From the NCBI RefSeq assembly GCF_963676685.1, contig NC_092348.1, positions 71,052,001-71,116,000 of the forward strand: a stretch of DNA of 64,000 nucleotides, in the 5' to 3' direction. The stretch comes from Mytilus edulis. Lineage: Eukaryota. Below, piece by piece: positions 15,201-27,150 of this stretch (the stretch's first letter is position 1; every line of letters starts with the position of its first letter). Under the pieces are notes generated by a model that was not told the DNA's origin, ran no database searches, and was given only the letters and a program-made list of their open reading frames with translations. Both the position numbers and the translations under genes were made by a program.

Positions 15201-18200
15201 CATAATTGTTTACTTCAGTGTTCATGTAAAGAATTTAATAACAAGTACAAACTTCAAACTTTTAAACTGCATGCTATATTTAATGATAGAATAAATTGGT
15301 ATATGTGATATTTCCAGTGGTTAAATTTTGGGAAATTCTATTCAGTTTTAGGCTTTTAGGCATTTTAGGCATTTACAATTTTGTCAGGTATTTTATAAAA
15401 TGCCTGGACAAAATAGTCAATTTATAAAATGCCTAAATCAGGAAGGCAGTTTACAAAATGCTTTCAAATTTCAGTCATTTTACATAATGTCTAAATTTAG
15501 AAAATGCATGTTACATATATGAAAAGAGGGGCAAAAGATACAAAAAAACAGTCAAACTCATAGATTGAAAATAACTGACAACGCCATGGCTAAAATCAAG
15601 ACGACAAACAGACAAATAATTGTACAGAAGAAACAAAATAGCAAACTAAAGATTGAGCAACACGAACCCCACCAAAAACTAGGGGTACTCGCAGGTGCTC
15701 CGTTAGGGTACACAGATCATGCTCCTCATGTGGCACCCGTCGTGTTGCTTATGTTATTAAAAGGGTATTGTAGTAACGACATAAGGAACATTTCCAATAT
15801 CCTCTGTGAAACGATTATTTCATAAAGCACACAATTCAAGTTTAAGCTGAGAAATCGAACAAATCGTTCATTTTTTTTACCAATTATGGTTATTGTTGTC
15901 ATTATTATTTAGATATAAGAAGATGTGGTATAAGTGTCAATGGGACACTTATCCATCGAAGTCACAATTTATAAAAGTAAACCATTGTAGGTCAAAGTAC
16001 GGTCTTCAACAGGAAGCCTTGGTTTACACAAAACAGCCAGCCATAAAGGGCCTAAAAAAATGACAAGTGTAAATCCATCCAAACGGGAATGCAAATAGTC
16101 TTATTTATATAAAATAAAAACAAGAAACGAGAAACACTTATGAACCACGCCAACAAATGACAACCAGTGAACATTAGTTTCCTGACTTTGAACAGGTGCA
16201 AAGAATTGCAGCGGGTTAAAACGTGTAGATGAATACCAACCTTCACCCTTCTCTGAAACTATAGTGTAACATTACAAAATAGAAAGACACACAATAGAAT
16301 GTCAATTAAAATGGCTAAACTCAATCAATAGACATATTAACACAAGTGAACATACACTGAACGAATAAATTTGATATATGATACAATGTGCGTACACAAT
16401 CAATAAAATAACAGAAAAGTTATTAAATGAACAGTAATATACCGCTGTTAGATGTTACACAATTTCAGAAAAATAACAATAACCTTGAACAAACATCTGC
16501 CATTTACAATAATCTTACACACAGGTGAATGACAATAATTCTGTTGTTAGGTATACAGTTTAAATACTGTCTATATTGATGAAAACGTTGTCATGAATTT
16601 TATTGTTTAATTCAATGACAAGATGAAGTATTTTTCAAAATCATAATTTCACATTTTGAAATTATATATATACAAATAAAAGTTGAAAATGGAAATACAC
16701 ATTGTAATATAATATACAACTGTGCTTAGCTTTTGCTCAGGCAAAGTTATATTTACAATATTACTAAAGGAATCTGATATGCATCAATTTTGGGAATTTA
16801 GTGCTTTGTATTGATTCTTATACGTAAGACACAAGTTTATGAATATTGTAATCTGCCAGATTAAAAGTCTAATTTTGGCTTTAATATTGATTCTAATATG
16901 ACGTGCTTCTTTCTCTTTGTAAACAACACCGTGATAAAATTCTCGATATATCTAGACTTAGCGCAGACTCAAAGATGTACACAAATGGCTGTTTAAATAT
17001 GCCTCCCTCGTAAATCCACATGTATCGTAACCTATAACGGTTGTGGATTTCGCTGTGTTAACAATTACAATTGAATAAAACCCTACAGAACATTTATTCT
17101 GATTCTGATGCATAACAAAAAGAATTAACACATTAGAGAACGGAAAAATGGACAAAAACAAAACAAATTCAAATTCCGCGAAATTCCAGTAATGATTTTT
17201 GCGCATTAACATCATTTCAAAACATGACGTCATACAAATGAAAACGTCAAAGCTGAAGGTTTTTCTATTGCGTTTACCTTCTAAACTCGGATACAATTGC
17301 ATTAAAATAAAGTATTGAGGTAGGTGTTGCTTGTTTTCTGTTCTATTGCAATATTCGCACATTTACTGATTTCAGCAAGTCAACATGGCGGCTCCTTGGT
17401 TACAACATGTCAACAGTGAATTTGACGGTAGCTTACGATAAAAAAGGCAAATCTAAAATTGCAAATGTTGGGTTTACTAAGAAGTAAAAAAAGTAATCAC
17501 ATTTTTTTCTAGCGGTTAGTTAAGAAATCATTCATGCAGGTTTATTAGTTTTGTTTTACATTTATCGAACAGTGGGTAAAATAGAACAGCCACACACACG
17601 GTATACCCATCATCGCTTCAGTTTTTTTCATGATCGTATTTGTCCTATTAGAATCGAAATAATTCATGGAAGCCATAGATTTGTTGGAAATTTACACATG
17701 GCCTGGGCCGTGATATTCGTTAATTTTATCCCTCGCTAACGCTCAGGATAAAATTCGAATATCACGGCCCAGGCCATGTGTAAATTTCCAACAAATCTAT
17801 GGCTTCCATGAATTATTTCTTAATTCACTTATAGGGTCTTTGCATCGGAACGAAACACATGTATTTAAAAAAAAAACAGTTATTGGCATGACACGGGTTA
17901 TGTTCTTCTCATATATCTTATGATAGTATGATACTAAACCCCTAACGGGAGGGATTGTGCCTGATATTCATATGATGAAGACATAATCTTTCAATCAGTT
18001 TAATTTAGGTCTGGAGCTGGCATGTCAGTTAACTGCTAGTAGTCTGTTGTTATTTATGTATTGTTGTCATTTTATTTATTTTCTTTGTTACATCTTTTGA
18101 CATCGGACTCGGACTTCTCTTGAACTGAATTTTAATGTGCGTATTGTTATGCGTTTACTTTTCTACATTGGCCAGAGTTATAGGGGGAGGGTTGAGATCT

Positions 18201-20424
18201 CATAAACATGTTGAACCCCGCCGCAATTTTGCGCCTGTCCCAAGTCAGAAGCCTCTGGCCTTTGTTCGTCTTGTATGATTTTTAATTTTAGTTTCTTGTG
18301 TATAATTCGGAGTTTAGTATGACGTCCATTATCACTGTACTAGTATACATATTTTTAGGGGCCAACTGAAGGACACCTACGGGCGCTGGAATTCTCGCTA
18401 CATTGAAGACCCCTTGGTGGACTTCGGCTGTTGTCTGCTCTATGGTCGGGTTGTTGTCCCTTTGACACTTTCCCCATTTCCTTTCTCAATTTTATTATGT
18501 ATGAACATATGAAAACTCTCATTAGATTTATAATACTATTTTTAATAACATACATCTTCCTACCGTATAAAATCAGATGAATGTAGTATGATTCAGTAAT
18601 CCCTCCTCGACATATGTAAATCCCCTCATCATTGGGTTGAGCGTTCAGTACATGTAATCGGTAGTACAAACCAGTGCTTGTGACTGATACTTTGTACTTT
18701 GTAGGATCAATAACAGAATTCTTATTAGATATAATGGTAATATTTTTGTACCATTTCAGGTTCTCCCTTTCATATCTACACTGAAGAACTGCTTCATGTC
18801 CTTGTTTAACATACGTTCGAAAAGGATCTGACGCTGTACCTGAACCTGTTGCATCAACGTCTAATACAAATATATCTGCAAAATGAATGAAAACATCAAT
18901 AATCACATTAGAATGAACAGTTGAATTTTTAAACAAATAATGAACAATAGATTGGTTTAAGGTATGGACCCTTATTCCAATGAATAATATTCAGCATGAT
19001 AATTCTTTGTAAGTGACATAATTATAATCAGTTTTATACTTTACAAAGATATAGATATATTTTTTTTAAGTTTGCGAGAACAACAATCCCAAACTAAATC
19101 AAGAAAGTGAGTTTAAAACATGTTTTTTTTTTTAAATATTCCGTTTATAACTAATTAACTTATCAAGAAACTGTGGTGCAATTGATCTTAGAAGGATTTG
19201 ACTATTATTTTTAGTTCCCATTCGGACAATGAAATCTATATGCAAAATTAAACTTAAATGTGTAATACTGCGACCAGGTTCAATCAACTCTTTTTTCTTA
19301 AAATGTCCGTTTATGAAATACTTCGTATTTATGTATGTTGGCATTTGTTTGTGTTGTTATTCAGTATTTTTATTGTTCTGTTGTTTCTCTCTTATAGTTG
19401 ATGTGTTTCCCTCGGTTTTAATTTGTATCTCGGATTTGTATTCGCTACATCGATTTATTACTGTTGAAAACCGTATACTACTGTTGCTTTTATATATAGT
19501 CGATTTCTGTTACTTCAGCTTATAAGAAAGAACTTTTTGTGTACATTTCTTGCTGATTTTAAATAATTTTCATACTTCAAAGCGCTTACTAAGTTAACCA
19601 TCACCAGAAAGCATAGTTGCAACATAAATGATGAGTCTGCTCAAAGTATACTTTGCCATTTACTACCTTTCTGGACAATTCTTCTTAACCATGATAGTTT
19701 TAGTGCCATAGTGAAATTCTATTTATAAAGGTCTTACATTTTTAAAAACCCCGCCGAATATGCTATAATCCACACATCAGTGTTTCGTCGATGTGTAGGT
19801 AGATATATATAGGAAGATGTGGTATAAGTGCCAATTATACAACTCTCAATCAAAATCACAATTTATAAAAGTAAACCATTACAGGTCAATGTACGGCCTT
19901 CAACACGGAGCATTGCCTCACACCGAACAGCAAGCTTTAAAGGGCCCCAACAATTAGTTAGTATGTAAAACCATTCAAACGGGAATGTCTATGATATGTC
20001 ATATATTTATTCTTTTGAATTGTCCGAAGTATTTCGCAAAATTAAATTAAAAACCACTTTTAACATCTTGTATGTGGAAGCTATCAAACAAATTCCAAAT
20101 CCAAAAAGCAATACAGGCCGAAATAATCAACTAGAGCCATAAATCGGGTACTTAGTACAAACATATAGAAAGACTTAATGTGATGATAAATACATTCAAA
20201 TATTGTTTTAACTTATTCATAAGTAGAATAGACCTTGGCTTTTCAACATAAAAACATCAAGGTTCATCATAACAACTGGACAAAAAATATGTATTTTTCA
20301 CCTCAAAAATCACTCTGAGTAGGAAAAAAACATGCAACTTGAAATTATTAATTACAATGGTATGTAAATACTTACTGTATGCAGAAATATGTAAAACGAT
20401 TAAGCAGGATTGAATTAAATCCAT
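192..20424 (-). CDS. Gene A (spliced, 3' end outside window): Ig-superfamily type I receptor, leader + 5 Ig domains + TM + at least 3 ITAM-like repeats
   Basis: 15 exons with GT/AG ends and continuous phase: 20376-20424, 18564-18875, 14398-14679, 12559-12858, 11677-11973, 10567-10908, 8861-8983, 5792-5810, 5248-5330, 4729-4753, 3701-3771, 3258-3282, 2771-2841, 2098-2122, 192-262. About 698 codons, no stops; exon-for-exon match to gene B. Confidence 0.92.
593..845 (+). mobile_element. Hammerhead-bearing dispersed repeat, degenerate core (CUAAUGC), with another short repeat inserted at about 650-745
   Basis: Matches 29860-29992 and 35105-35250. Confidence 0.65.
2098..2122 (-). CDS. Gene A exon 14, 25-nt spacer micro-exon (ESQKIGGQ)
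   Basis: ttttgcag / GTAATT, phase 1-2; paralog 30738-30762. Confidence 0.8.
2355..2520 (+). mobile_element. Degenerate tRNA-derived SINE-like fragment
   Basis: Box B-like ggttcaaatc then caaaccaaagactttaaaa; related sequence at about 59890-60020. Confidence 0.45.
2771..2841 (-). CDS. Gene A exon 13, ITAM-like repeat 2 (RSSRNYEKLGLKDVPNVYEDLTKK)
   Basis: 71 nt, ttttacag / GTGATG; paralog 31930-32000. Confidence 0.88.
3258..3282 (-). CDS. Gene A exon 12, 25-nt spacer micro-exon (ALQTNRDL)
   Basis: cttacag / GTATAT, phase 1-2; paralog 32440-32464. Confidence 0.78.
3701..3771 (-). CDS. Gene A exon 11, ITAM-like repeat 1 (SPTKHYEALGLQDVPNVYDNLSNE)
   Basis: 71 nt, ttgtttcag / GTGAGG; paralog 32951-33021. 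Confidence 0.88.
4729..4753 (-). CDS. Gene A exon 10, 25-nt spacer micro-exon (ASSKNRDQ)
   Basis: ttgacag / GTACGA; paralog 33577-33601. Confidence 0.8.
5248..5330 (-). CDS. Gene A exon 9, cytoplasmic, single YEEV motif
   Basis: 83 nt, phase 2-1, ATVKFEKTDTEDHTHNYEEVQKSSGAQN; paralog 34156-34238. Confidence 0.85.
5792..5810 (-). CDS. Gene A exon 8, 19-nt juxtamembrane micro-exon (GHQRCE)
   Basis: tttttttcag / GTAAGT; identical to 34701-34719. Confidence 0.82.
6018..6223. mobile_element. MITE, TA target duplication (Tc1/mariner-like)
   Basis: 23-bp TIR ctgtaaattcagaaattattgcg flanked by TA; same family at 58088-58293. Confidence 0.85.
8861..8983 (-). CDS. Gene A exon 7, transmembrane exon
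   Basis: 123 nt, TSTTKPATLSSGVIIGAVCGSLVALIVLMVLLVCLIIRIRK; hydrophobic run then basic stop-transfer. Confidence 0.92.
9365..9981 (+). mobile_element. Probable solo LTR
   Basis: TGTTA...TAACA termini, gatg/tatg flanks, TATA-like run near 9651, AATAAA 9905-9910; absent from paralogous intron of gene B. Confidence 0.55.
10567..10908 (-). CDS. Gene A exon 6, Ig domain 5 (cysteine-less)
   Basis: 342 nt phase 1-1; W and LTINDLTKEDFTNYTL strand pattern. Confidence 0.92.
11677..11973 (-). CDS. Gene A exon 5, Ig domain 4
   Basis: 297 nt phase 1-1; CTADGYP..W..DNGEYVC. Confidence 0.95.
12559..12858 (-). CDS. Gene A exon 4, Ig domain 3 (C-type, CD80/nephrin-like)
   Basis: 300 nt phase 1-1; CTSTGSRP..IWW..TVTSTL..C. 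Confidence 0.95.
14398..14679 (-). CDS. Gene A exon 3, Ig domain 2
   Basis: 282 nt phase 1-1; CIAVQGVPVP..VSC. Confidence 0.93.
15074..15519. mobile_element. MITE/foldback element with internal aaatgcct repeats
   Basis: About 45-bp imperfect terminal inverted repeats. Confidence 0.6.
17520..17823. mobile_element. Short element ending in a long perfect hairpin (17656-17819)
   Basis: 64-bp perfect arms; ends ttaagaaatcattcatg / catgaattatttcttaa. Confidence 0.6.
17925..18497 (+). repeat. Dispersed repeat family (about 550 bp) ending in ttccccatttcc.ttctcaatttt
   Basis: Near-identical copy 43615-44162; partial copies 4405-4587, 46430-46632 and inverted 35903-35967. Confidence 0.85.
18564..18875 (-). 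CDS. Gene A exon 2, end of leader + V/I-type Ig domain 1
   Basis: 312 nt phase 1-1; LQC..W..LHV..DEGIYIC. Confidence 0.95.
20376..20424 (-). CDS. Gene A exon 1, signal peptide (MDLIQSCLIVLHISAY)
   Basis: 49 nt from ATG to GTAAGT donor, phase 1; same length as gene B exon 1. Confidence 0.85.
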
Positions 20425-20460
20425 TTTTAAATGTATTTTCTTTTTCAATGTTGTGATAAA

Positions 20461-20469
20461 ACTTCCTGT
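20461..20469 (-). promoter_or_regulatory. Putative ETS site ACAGGAAGT upstream of gene A (GATA motif adjacent)
   Basis: About 37 nt upstream of ATG; same motif at same distance in gene B although flanks are divergent. Confidence 0.45.
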
Positions 20470-23400
20470 TACAACACCTATAAAATGTCTGTCATTTAAG
20501 GTAAGTGATACACAGTAAAGTGTAATTCACAAAATAATTAAAACCCGTCTGGCGTAAATATAAAATTTTGATCCTGGTATCTATGATCATGATGATGAGT
20601 TTATTTATAAAAGGATTACAAAAGATATGATATTGGTACGATAAAATTACTTGCAACAACGCACAAAACAATTATGAAAACATACCATAAATGACAGTAA
20701 TAAAATGGAAAATGAAAACAAATGATATTTTGTTTATACGTGTTTATAAAAAAGAATGGTCGTAAATCCTGATTATCATATGGAAGTTTGTCTATTTTTT
20801 TTAAGTTTTGTGGTCCTTATAATTATAATTGGACATCAATTAATAGTAAAGGAGAGGAATTTCAGTGAGTACAATTATACTACAAGCACTAGAAGTATTC
20901 TTCCTATATTGATATGTTGAAGACAACTGACACCAGCTGACTGACACACATTGAATTCTCAAAGCTGATAATTATGACAAATGCCATGATTTCAATTTCT
21001 TATTTTCAACTTTTACTCATAATTATATATGTATAAGTCCTAACAATCCTTTCCAGTTTACGATCGTAACATTTATCTGCTGTTATAAAATGCAGCTCTT
21101 TCTTTCTTTCACTAATATTATATATTTATTACGGTTCAGAATCAAAGGATTAATACTGAAAAGCGACTTAACCCTAAATCACTGGGGGATAATACATAAG
21201 TGTTTTCCTGTTTACAAATATATAAGTGATGCAATTACAGATTTTGTTTATGTACTAGTTCAAATATATGATCTTTATGTTTCATCGTATAGAGTTAAAA
21301 CTTGGGAATGTTACCACTCTTAAAATAAAAGGTACCGGTGGACAATGAATTCTGAGGCAGACCAATGCTAGGGGTAGTACAGAGTTTAATACTACTAGTA
21401 GTTTAAACTCTTAAACGCTTAGAAGTTCGGGCCATTGAAATGTTGATAATATGCCGCACAGCCCTATGATTATAACACTTGAAAAATAAAAAAGAAGTGC
21501 ATATCAACTTTCCGTTCTAGAATATATTTTTGTTAAGAAATTTATAGTAATAGTTGCACAATCTAAGCCATGTTAGCCGCAAAGGGAGTTTCTATTGGAA
21601 ATTACATCGTTTATACTTGCAGAAGTGAAATCTACAAACGACAATCATATAATTGCAGCCTATAGGATTAGGACAGGCACATACATGTACACAATGTGGT
21701 AGGGTTTAACATGTTTGCAGGCACCTTACGTCTTCTCTCCCAATCATATTTTCCACATATTATCAATCAGGTTACACATACAGTTCTGTCATATTCTTGT
21801 TTAATATTCAATTTCGATCAATGTCCAGTGTCGTACGTGGTCTTGTTTTGTGGGAAGTTAATATAATGCTTGTTGTTTTCATTTAAAACCTAATTTGACA
21901 CGAAAAGACGTCATCCGTGTGCTCAATGTAACTGCACAGATAGGATAACTACATAAATTCTTCATTGATCATGAATTTGTAAACTGCTACAAGAATAACA
22001 CAAAAAACTAAACGAAAATCATCAATTTTAGTAGAAAAATATTACCCTAAAATTCCAAAATTTGGATGCAAGATTTGAAATCGAAATTAAATTTTTATTA
22101 ATCTGATCAATACTTTTATAGATTTCTCGGTCTGCATATCGTTTTGCATATTATAACTAAGAATAAAATCTGCAAATATATACAATATTTTCAAAAACGA
22201 ACATATTTGAGGAAAAGGAAAATAAATCATAGGAAGAGAGAAACTGGACATCGGTCACTGTAAACGTCACATATTATAAGGGTGAATTCAGATGGATAGA
22301 TTTGTTCTTTAAATTCTGTACAGGGAACACGACGTCCAGATACCTGTTAGTTTTGTTACGAAAAAAGCAGAATATAGAATCATATTCCGTTTCGTTGAGG
22401 CTAAATAAAATTAAGAAATTACAACAAGTGATTCACAAAGGGTAATACAATTATATGCAAAAAGTGGTTCAAATAATGCCCATTGAAATATCGATTCCTT
22501 ACTGATAAAGTTCATCTCCACAAACAACACGAACATAAATATTATTAAGAAAAAAAATGAAGGCATTTAGTCTGTTTTTAAAAGCAGTCTTTTGTATTAC
22601 TTTTAATACATACAATGAAAGCAAAAATCCGAAAGAGCGGAATTAGAAAATTTAAGACAGGTTTGTGACTTCGTTTGAATATAGATCAATTGAGGTTTAC
22701 TTTAAGGTTATCAAAAAGGTTAAATCCACCCTTTTTAACATATGAAAATATCTGTACCAAATCAGTAATATGACATTTGGTATTCATTCGTTTGATTTTG
22801 GTATTTGATTAGGGACTTTTCATTTTGAATTTTCCTTGAGTTCAGTGTTTTTACATTCCCATCGTCGTCACAAATTGTTATATTCTACCCTGTTATGATT
22901 GTTTCAGTTAATTTTCAATGAAGTGACTTGAATAATATCAAGGAGACATGGTACCGCAGATGCCTTGTACTTGGCCTCAGGTAATAGCATAATATGTTTA
23001 AAAGTAAAAAAAAATAAAATAAATAAAGGCTATATAAAAAGACAATAATTGTATATACATGTATCTCTATTTTGAAGTAACAATTATTAGGGTAAAAAGC
23101 ATAACAACCGACTGATTCATATTGTAAATAAAGGCAACAGTAGTATACCGCTGTTCAAACTCATAAATCCATGGACAAAAAACAAAATCGGGCTAACAAA
23201 CTAAAACTGAGGGAAACGCATTAAATATAAGAGAAGAACAACGACACAACACTACAATGTAACACACACAGAAACGGACCAGGCATCATACAAAATCCCA
23301 CGAGAATAACAAATATAACATCAAAACCAAATACATGAATTTTGGATAGACAAGTACCGTGACACGTCTTATCGCAATGTGAATTTACACTATAATACAC

Positions 23401-23663
23401 ACTTTAATACACACGTTTTGCTGTTCTAAAAGAACCACTCTAAATGATAGAATGATAGACAAATACTTTTTGAATACAAGATGAAAAGTGACTTGAAAAG
23501 TAGATTTTGAAAAATAAACGTCTCTTTTTTCTCTCTTTAATTACTCGTAGTCAAAAATCACTTTTGAGAGTAGATGCATTCTATACGCATTTAATTCTAG
23601 TTTGTGGCATGGACATTTGTGTTGTTTAAACAGACTATTGCAACTGAAGGGACAATAGCTTAT

Positions 23664-24140
23664 CGTCGCTGTTATGCAAAAACCTCGTATCTCAATTTTT
23701 TGCGGAAATCTTTTTATCGATTATTTTGGATTAAGTATGTATGTTCCATTGTATGCGAAAATATCTGATCTTCTAACCAATCATTAATCCGAATTCTGAC
23801 ATATGACGAAAAAGTGTAGTCGGATTGGTGAGACATTATGTTGTGCGAAAATATCGTATTTCAAAACCGGCAGCTGACATTATAACAGGAAGAGTTTAAT
23901 CAATTTCAGGTTCTCAACGCTAATATATTAGCTTAAGAATAAGGAAAAGCTTTGAAAATACAATATAGTAGCAGAAAGTTTTGCTAGTCTTGGTAATTGA
24001 TTGGTTAAAAGATCAGATATTTTGGCATACAAAGGAACATACATATTTAATTCTAAAAAAGCGATAAAAGATTTCAGTTTTTACTGCCTGGTGTAAAATT
24101 ATCAAAACCTTAGATACGAGGTTTTTGCATAACAGCGACG
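23664..24140. mobile_element. MITE
   Basis: 29-bp perfect TIR cgtcgctgttatgcaaaaacctcgtatct plus further internal inverted match. Confidence 0.85.
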
Positions 24141-25593
24141 TTATATTAGATATATGTGAGCTCGTCGTTGCATTGTGCATATTTTACTCATACTGTGGGT
24201 ATTAAAGGTCGTCTCATTTATATAAATATATATATAAATCATATGTATAAGGACGATTTCATATGATCATTAGTTTATGTTGTTTCAATTGACAGTTTCG
24301 TTAAGGAAAAACCATTATAGAAAAGAGAATAGAAGAGGGTAAAATAACAATAGTTTTAACATCATTTGTAAAAGTTTGAATTACTTAATATTGTATTTGT
24401 TATAACAGGAAAGATATTTTGACAATCGTTTGTGTTTAGAGAGATGGATATAAAACAAATGTATTGTCTTCACTTAATATTCGTTTATCAAAGTAATGAC
24501 ACTTCATGTCATCTTGTTATGAATGGTTTTATCTCGTCGTACTTCCTGACACGTGGGAGGAGGGACAATATTTAAAACTGAGATGGATGGCAGTTACTCT
24601 AAACTCGTAAAACAGAAAAGTACAAGTTTGAGCATTTAAGACAAAAGATACCAATGGAAATTTGTAACTTATAAGCCATAGCTAAAGAGAAACAGACTCA
24701 TAGTATTACAAATGTCCAGAAAATGTATGTTGAGATATGTGTATAATTAAGACAGATTACTAGTATTTCAATTAGTTTTGAACTATTCTCTTGATCCAAT
24801 ATCATACACTCAGGTTTTGTGTATATCCGTCTGGTGACACTGATAGATAATTCGAAGTCAATAATATTTATAACGGCATTCATCTTATCACACACATCTC
24901 CAAAAAGACTGCCATCATGCAAATTAAAACGTTAACTCCGCTCGATCAGTTGAAATAACATTGGTATTACAATCTTAATTGCAAGTATTCCAGCATAATA
25001 ATATAAAAAGATTTGATGCTTGTCGTACACACTTTTTGCTGTTTTAAAAGAACCACTCTAAATGACAGAATGATCGACAAAATTAATACTTTTTGAATAC
25101 AAGATGAAAAGTGACTTGAAAAGTAGATTTTGAAAAAAAATATTTGAAAATAAAAAGTATGATTGTAATACAATTTTGTATGGCGAATTAAAAAAAATCC
25201 AGCCTTACTGGTTGAGTGATCTGAGTAATTCATCTAAACTGATCAACACTGAGATTGACAGTTCGAATCCCGCTTATGGCATGTATAGCCGACTCCAATC
25301 CCAATTGTATACGACTTCCATTTTTCCTGTCAAAGGCTAATAGATATCACAAGACAAAACATTATCCTCAATTTATACAATCCCAGCACCCCTTTAATGA
25401 CAAAAGTGCGAAGGTTGTGGTCAGAACCAATAATCATCCAATCAATGTTAGCTCACGTTATAATATAATTTTAAGTAACATAGACATATTTAGGAACTGC
25501 ATATAGTATCCTTTTCAGAATTAAGAGTATGACTGGTCCAAATTGGTCGTTGTGCGCACCTAATATTTATGAGACAATCACTTAATACAAGAC

Positions 25594-26505
25594 CAGGGTT
25601 TCCGCTGGCGGTTGCCATTTGCGAAAAAATAATTATCGTGGCGATTAAAATTCATCATTTGCGAAAGAAGTATCACGATTTTATTTCATCCATCTTGTTA
25701 ATTTACATGATTTTTTTCGGTTTTCTCGGACATTACCTGATTAAACAATACTCGGCAGTCACCTTGAACTCGGTACGATTTTGACATAAAATCAATAATC
25801 AGCTGATTGCATTTTATAGCTGTAGGCAACAAAGAACTAATTAACAAAGGTGTTGATTGCATTGTTTTGACAAAATTTTTAAATGATGTGGTAAAATGGC
25901 GTACATTAAATGTCACATAAAGGATTTATTAATTAACAACGCGCGTGTTTAATTCAAACAATTTACATCTCCTTTCCTTTGGTCCGGTAAGAAAAACGAA
26001 TGAAAAATTATCAAAAGCAAAAAATTCTCCGAATTAAAACTTTATCCTTCAACTTTGATATAGATAATTGATTTGTGAGAGGACGTCTTAAATTTTTGCA
26101 TTTACGATGGTCAAGAAAAGAAAACCGTCGTTATGAAGAAATATATTTTACTGGTACCCCTCCTATGCAATGACGATCCCTTGAATAAAGGATCAATTCC
26201 AAGTGATGAAAAATGTGTTTTGTAGTAAAAAACACTTCTTAGTACAAAAGGGCACATATTTATATTAGTAGAAGAAACTTTCCCCCAAGAACTACCTGAG
26301 GGTTTAATCCAAACTTTTCGACAGAAAGAAAGGTCTCGGTCTTTAGTCTCTATCCTGTAAAAGGAAGGGGGAGGGTAGAAGAATCGAATTTTAACGGGAA
26401 AATTATATTTATGCTACTAGGCGAAAAAAAATATAAAGTGGCGAAAGATATATTGTTTTGCCGAAAGAGGTGGCGAAAAAAATAATTAACCAAGGGGAAA
26501 CCCTG
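25594..26505. mobile_element. Non-autonomous hAT-like DNA transposon
   Basis: CAGGGTTTCC...GGAAACCCTG termini, partial TSD (tacaa), subterminal ggcgaaa repeats. Confidence 0.7.
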
Positions 26506-27150
26506 TACAACTTATAAGACGAGAAGAATATTTCGTCAAGGATTTCCATTATATTATCATGCTAGGATTTCATCTAGAACTTATTCTAACATTTTGTAGA
26601 TCAGGTAATTTTTGTTCAAGCTTCTTGTGGTAGGTACATTTTGTTGCCAGTTGCAATAGTAGGCCATCTTTTTCCTATTTTCAAAATCCCCCGACCTTAC
26701 TGGCGAAAACTAAATTGTCGTCACATTATTCATTATTAGTTGTCACTTGTTGCAAATGTTTCAACAATCAAAATGTTTTAGCATCTTTGAATTTTTAATA
26801 TTTGAAAATTTTACTTGATGCATATTAAAAGAAACAAAAGGAAAAATATGAAATGTCTTGCTGCTGGTCGTACAAATTTTATTGCCGTTTTAATTGAACC
26901 ACTCTTAATGAGAAAATAATTAAAGAATATTGTTTTGAAGCCAAGATGAAAAGTGTCCCTAACATCTTTTCTTTTATTTCATATTTTGAAACGAAGTTGT
27001 ATAACGTTATCATATACTATGTCTTAAACGCAAATATGACAAATTTTCATGTCATATGATACGAATCCGTTAGCTGGTTGTCAAATTACAAATAGTGCCT
27101 TTAGAAAATTGTCAGTATTTTATTTTCATCTGATCAAGATATTCAGTTAA

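Noticed and set aside
18600-18635. Siglec-like Arg at F strand (DEGIYxCR) in D1
   Set aside because: D1 has the ordinary B-F cysteine pair rather than the Siglec pattern; one residue is not enough.
25200-25290. tRNA-like box A/B sequence (also 2355-2420)
   Set aside because: No full cloverleaf; better explained as decayed SINE heads.
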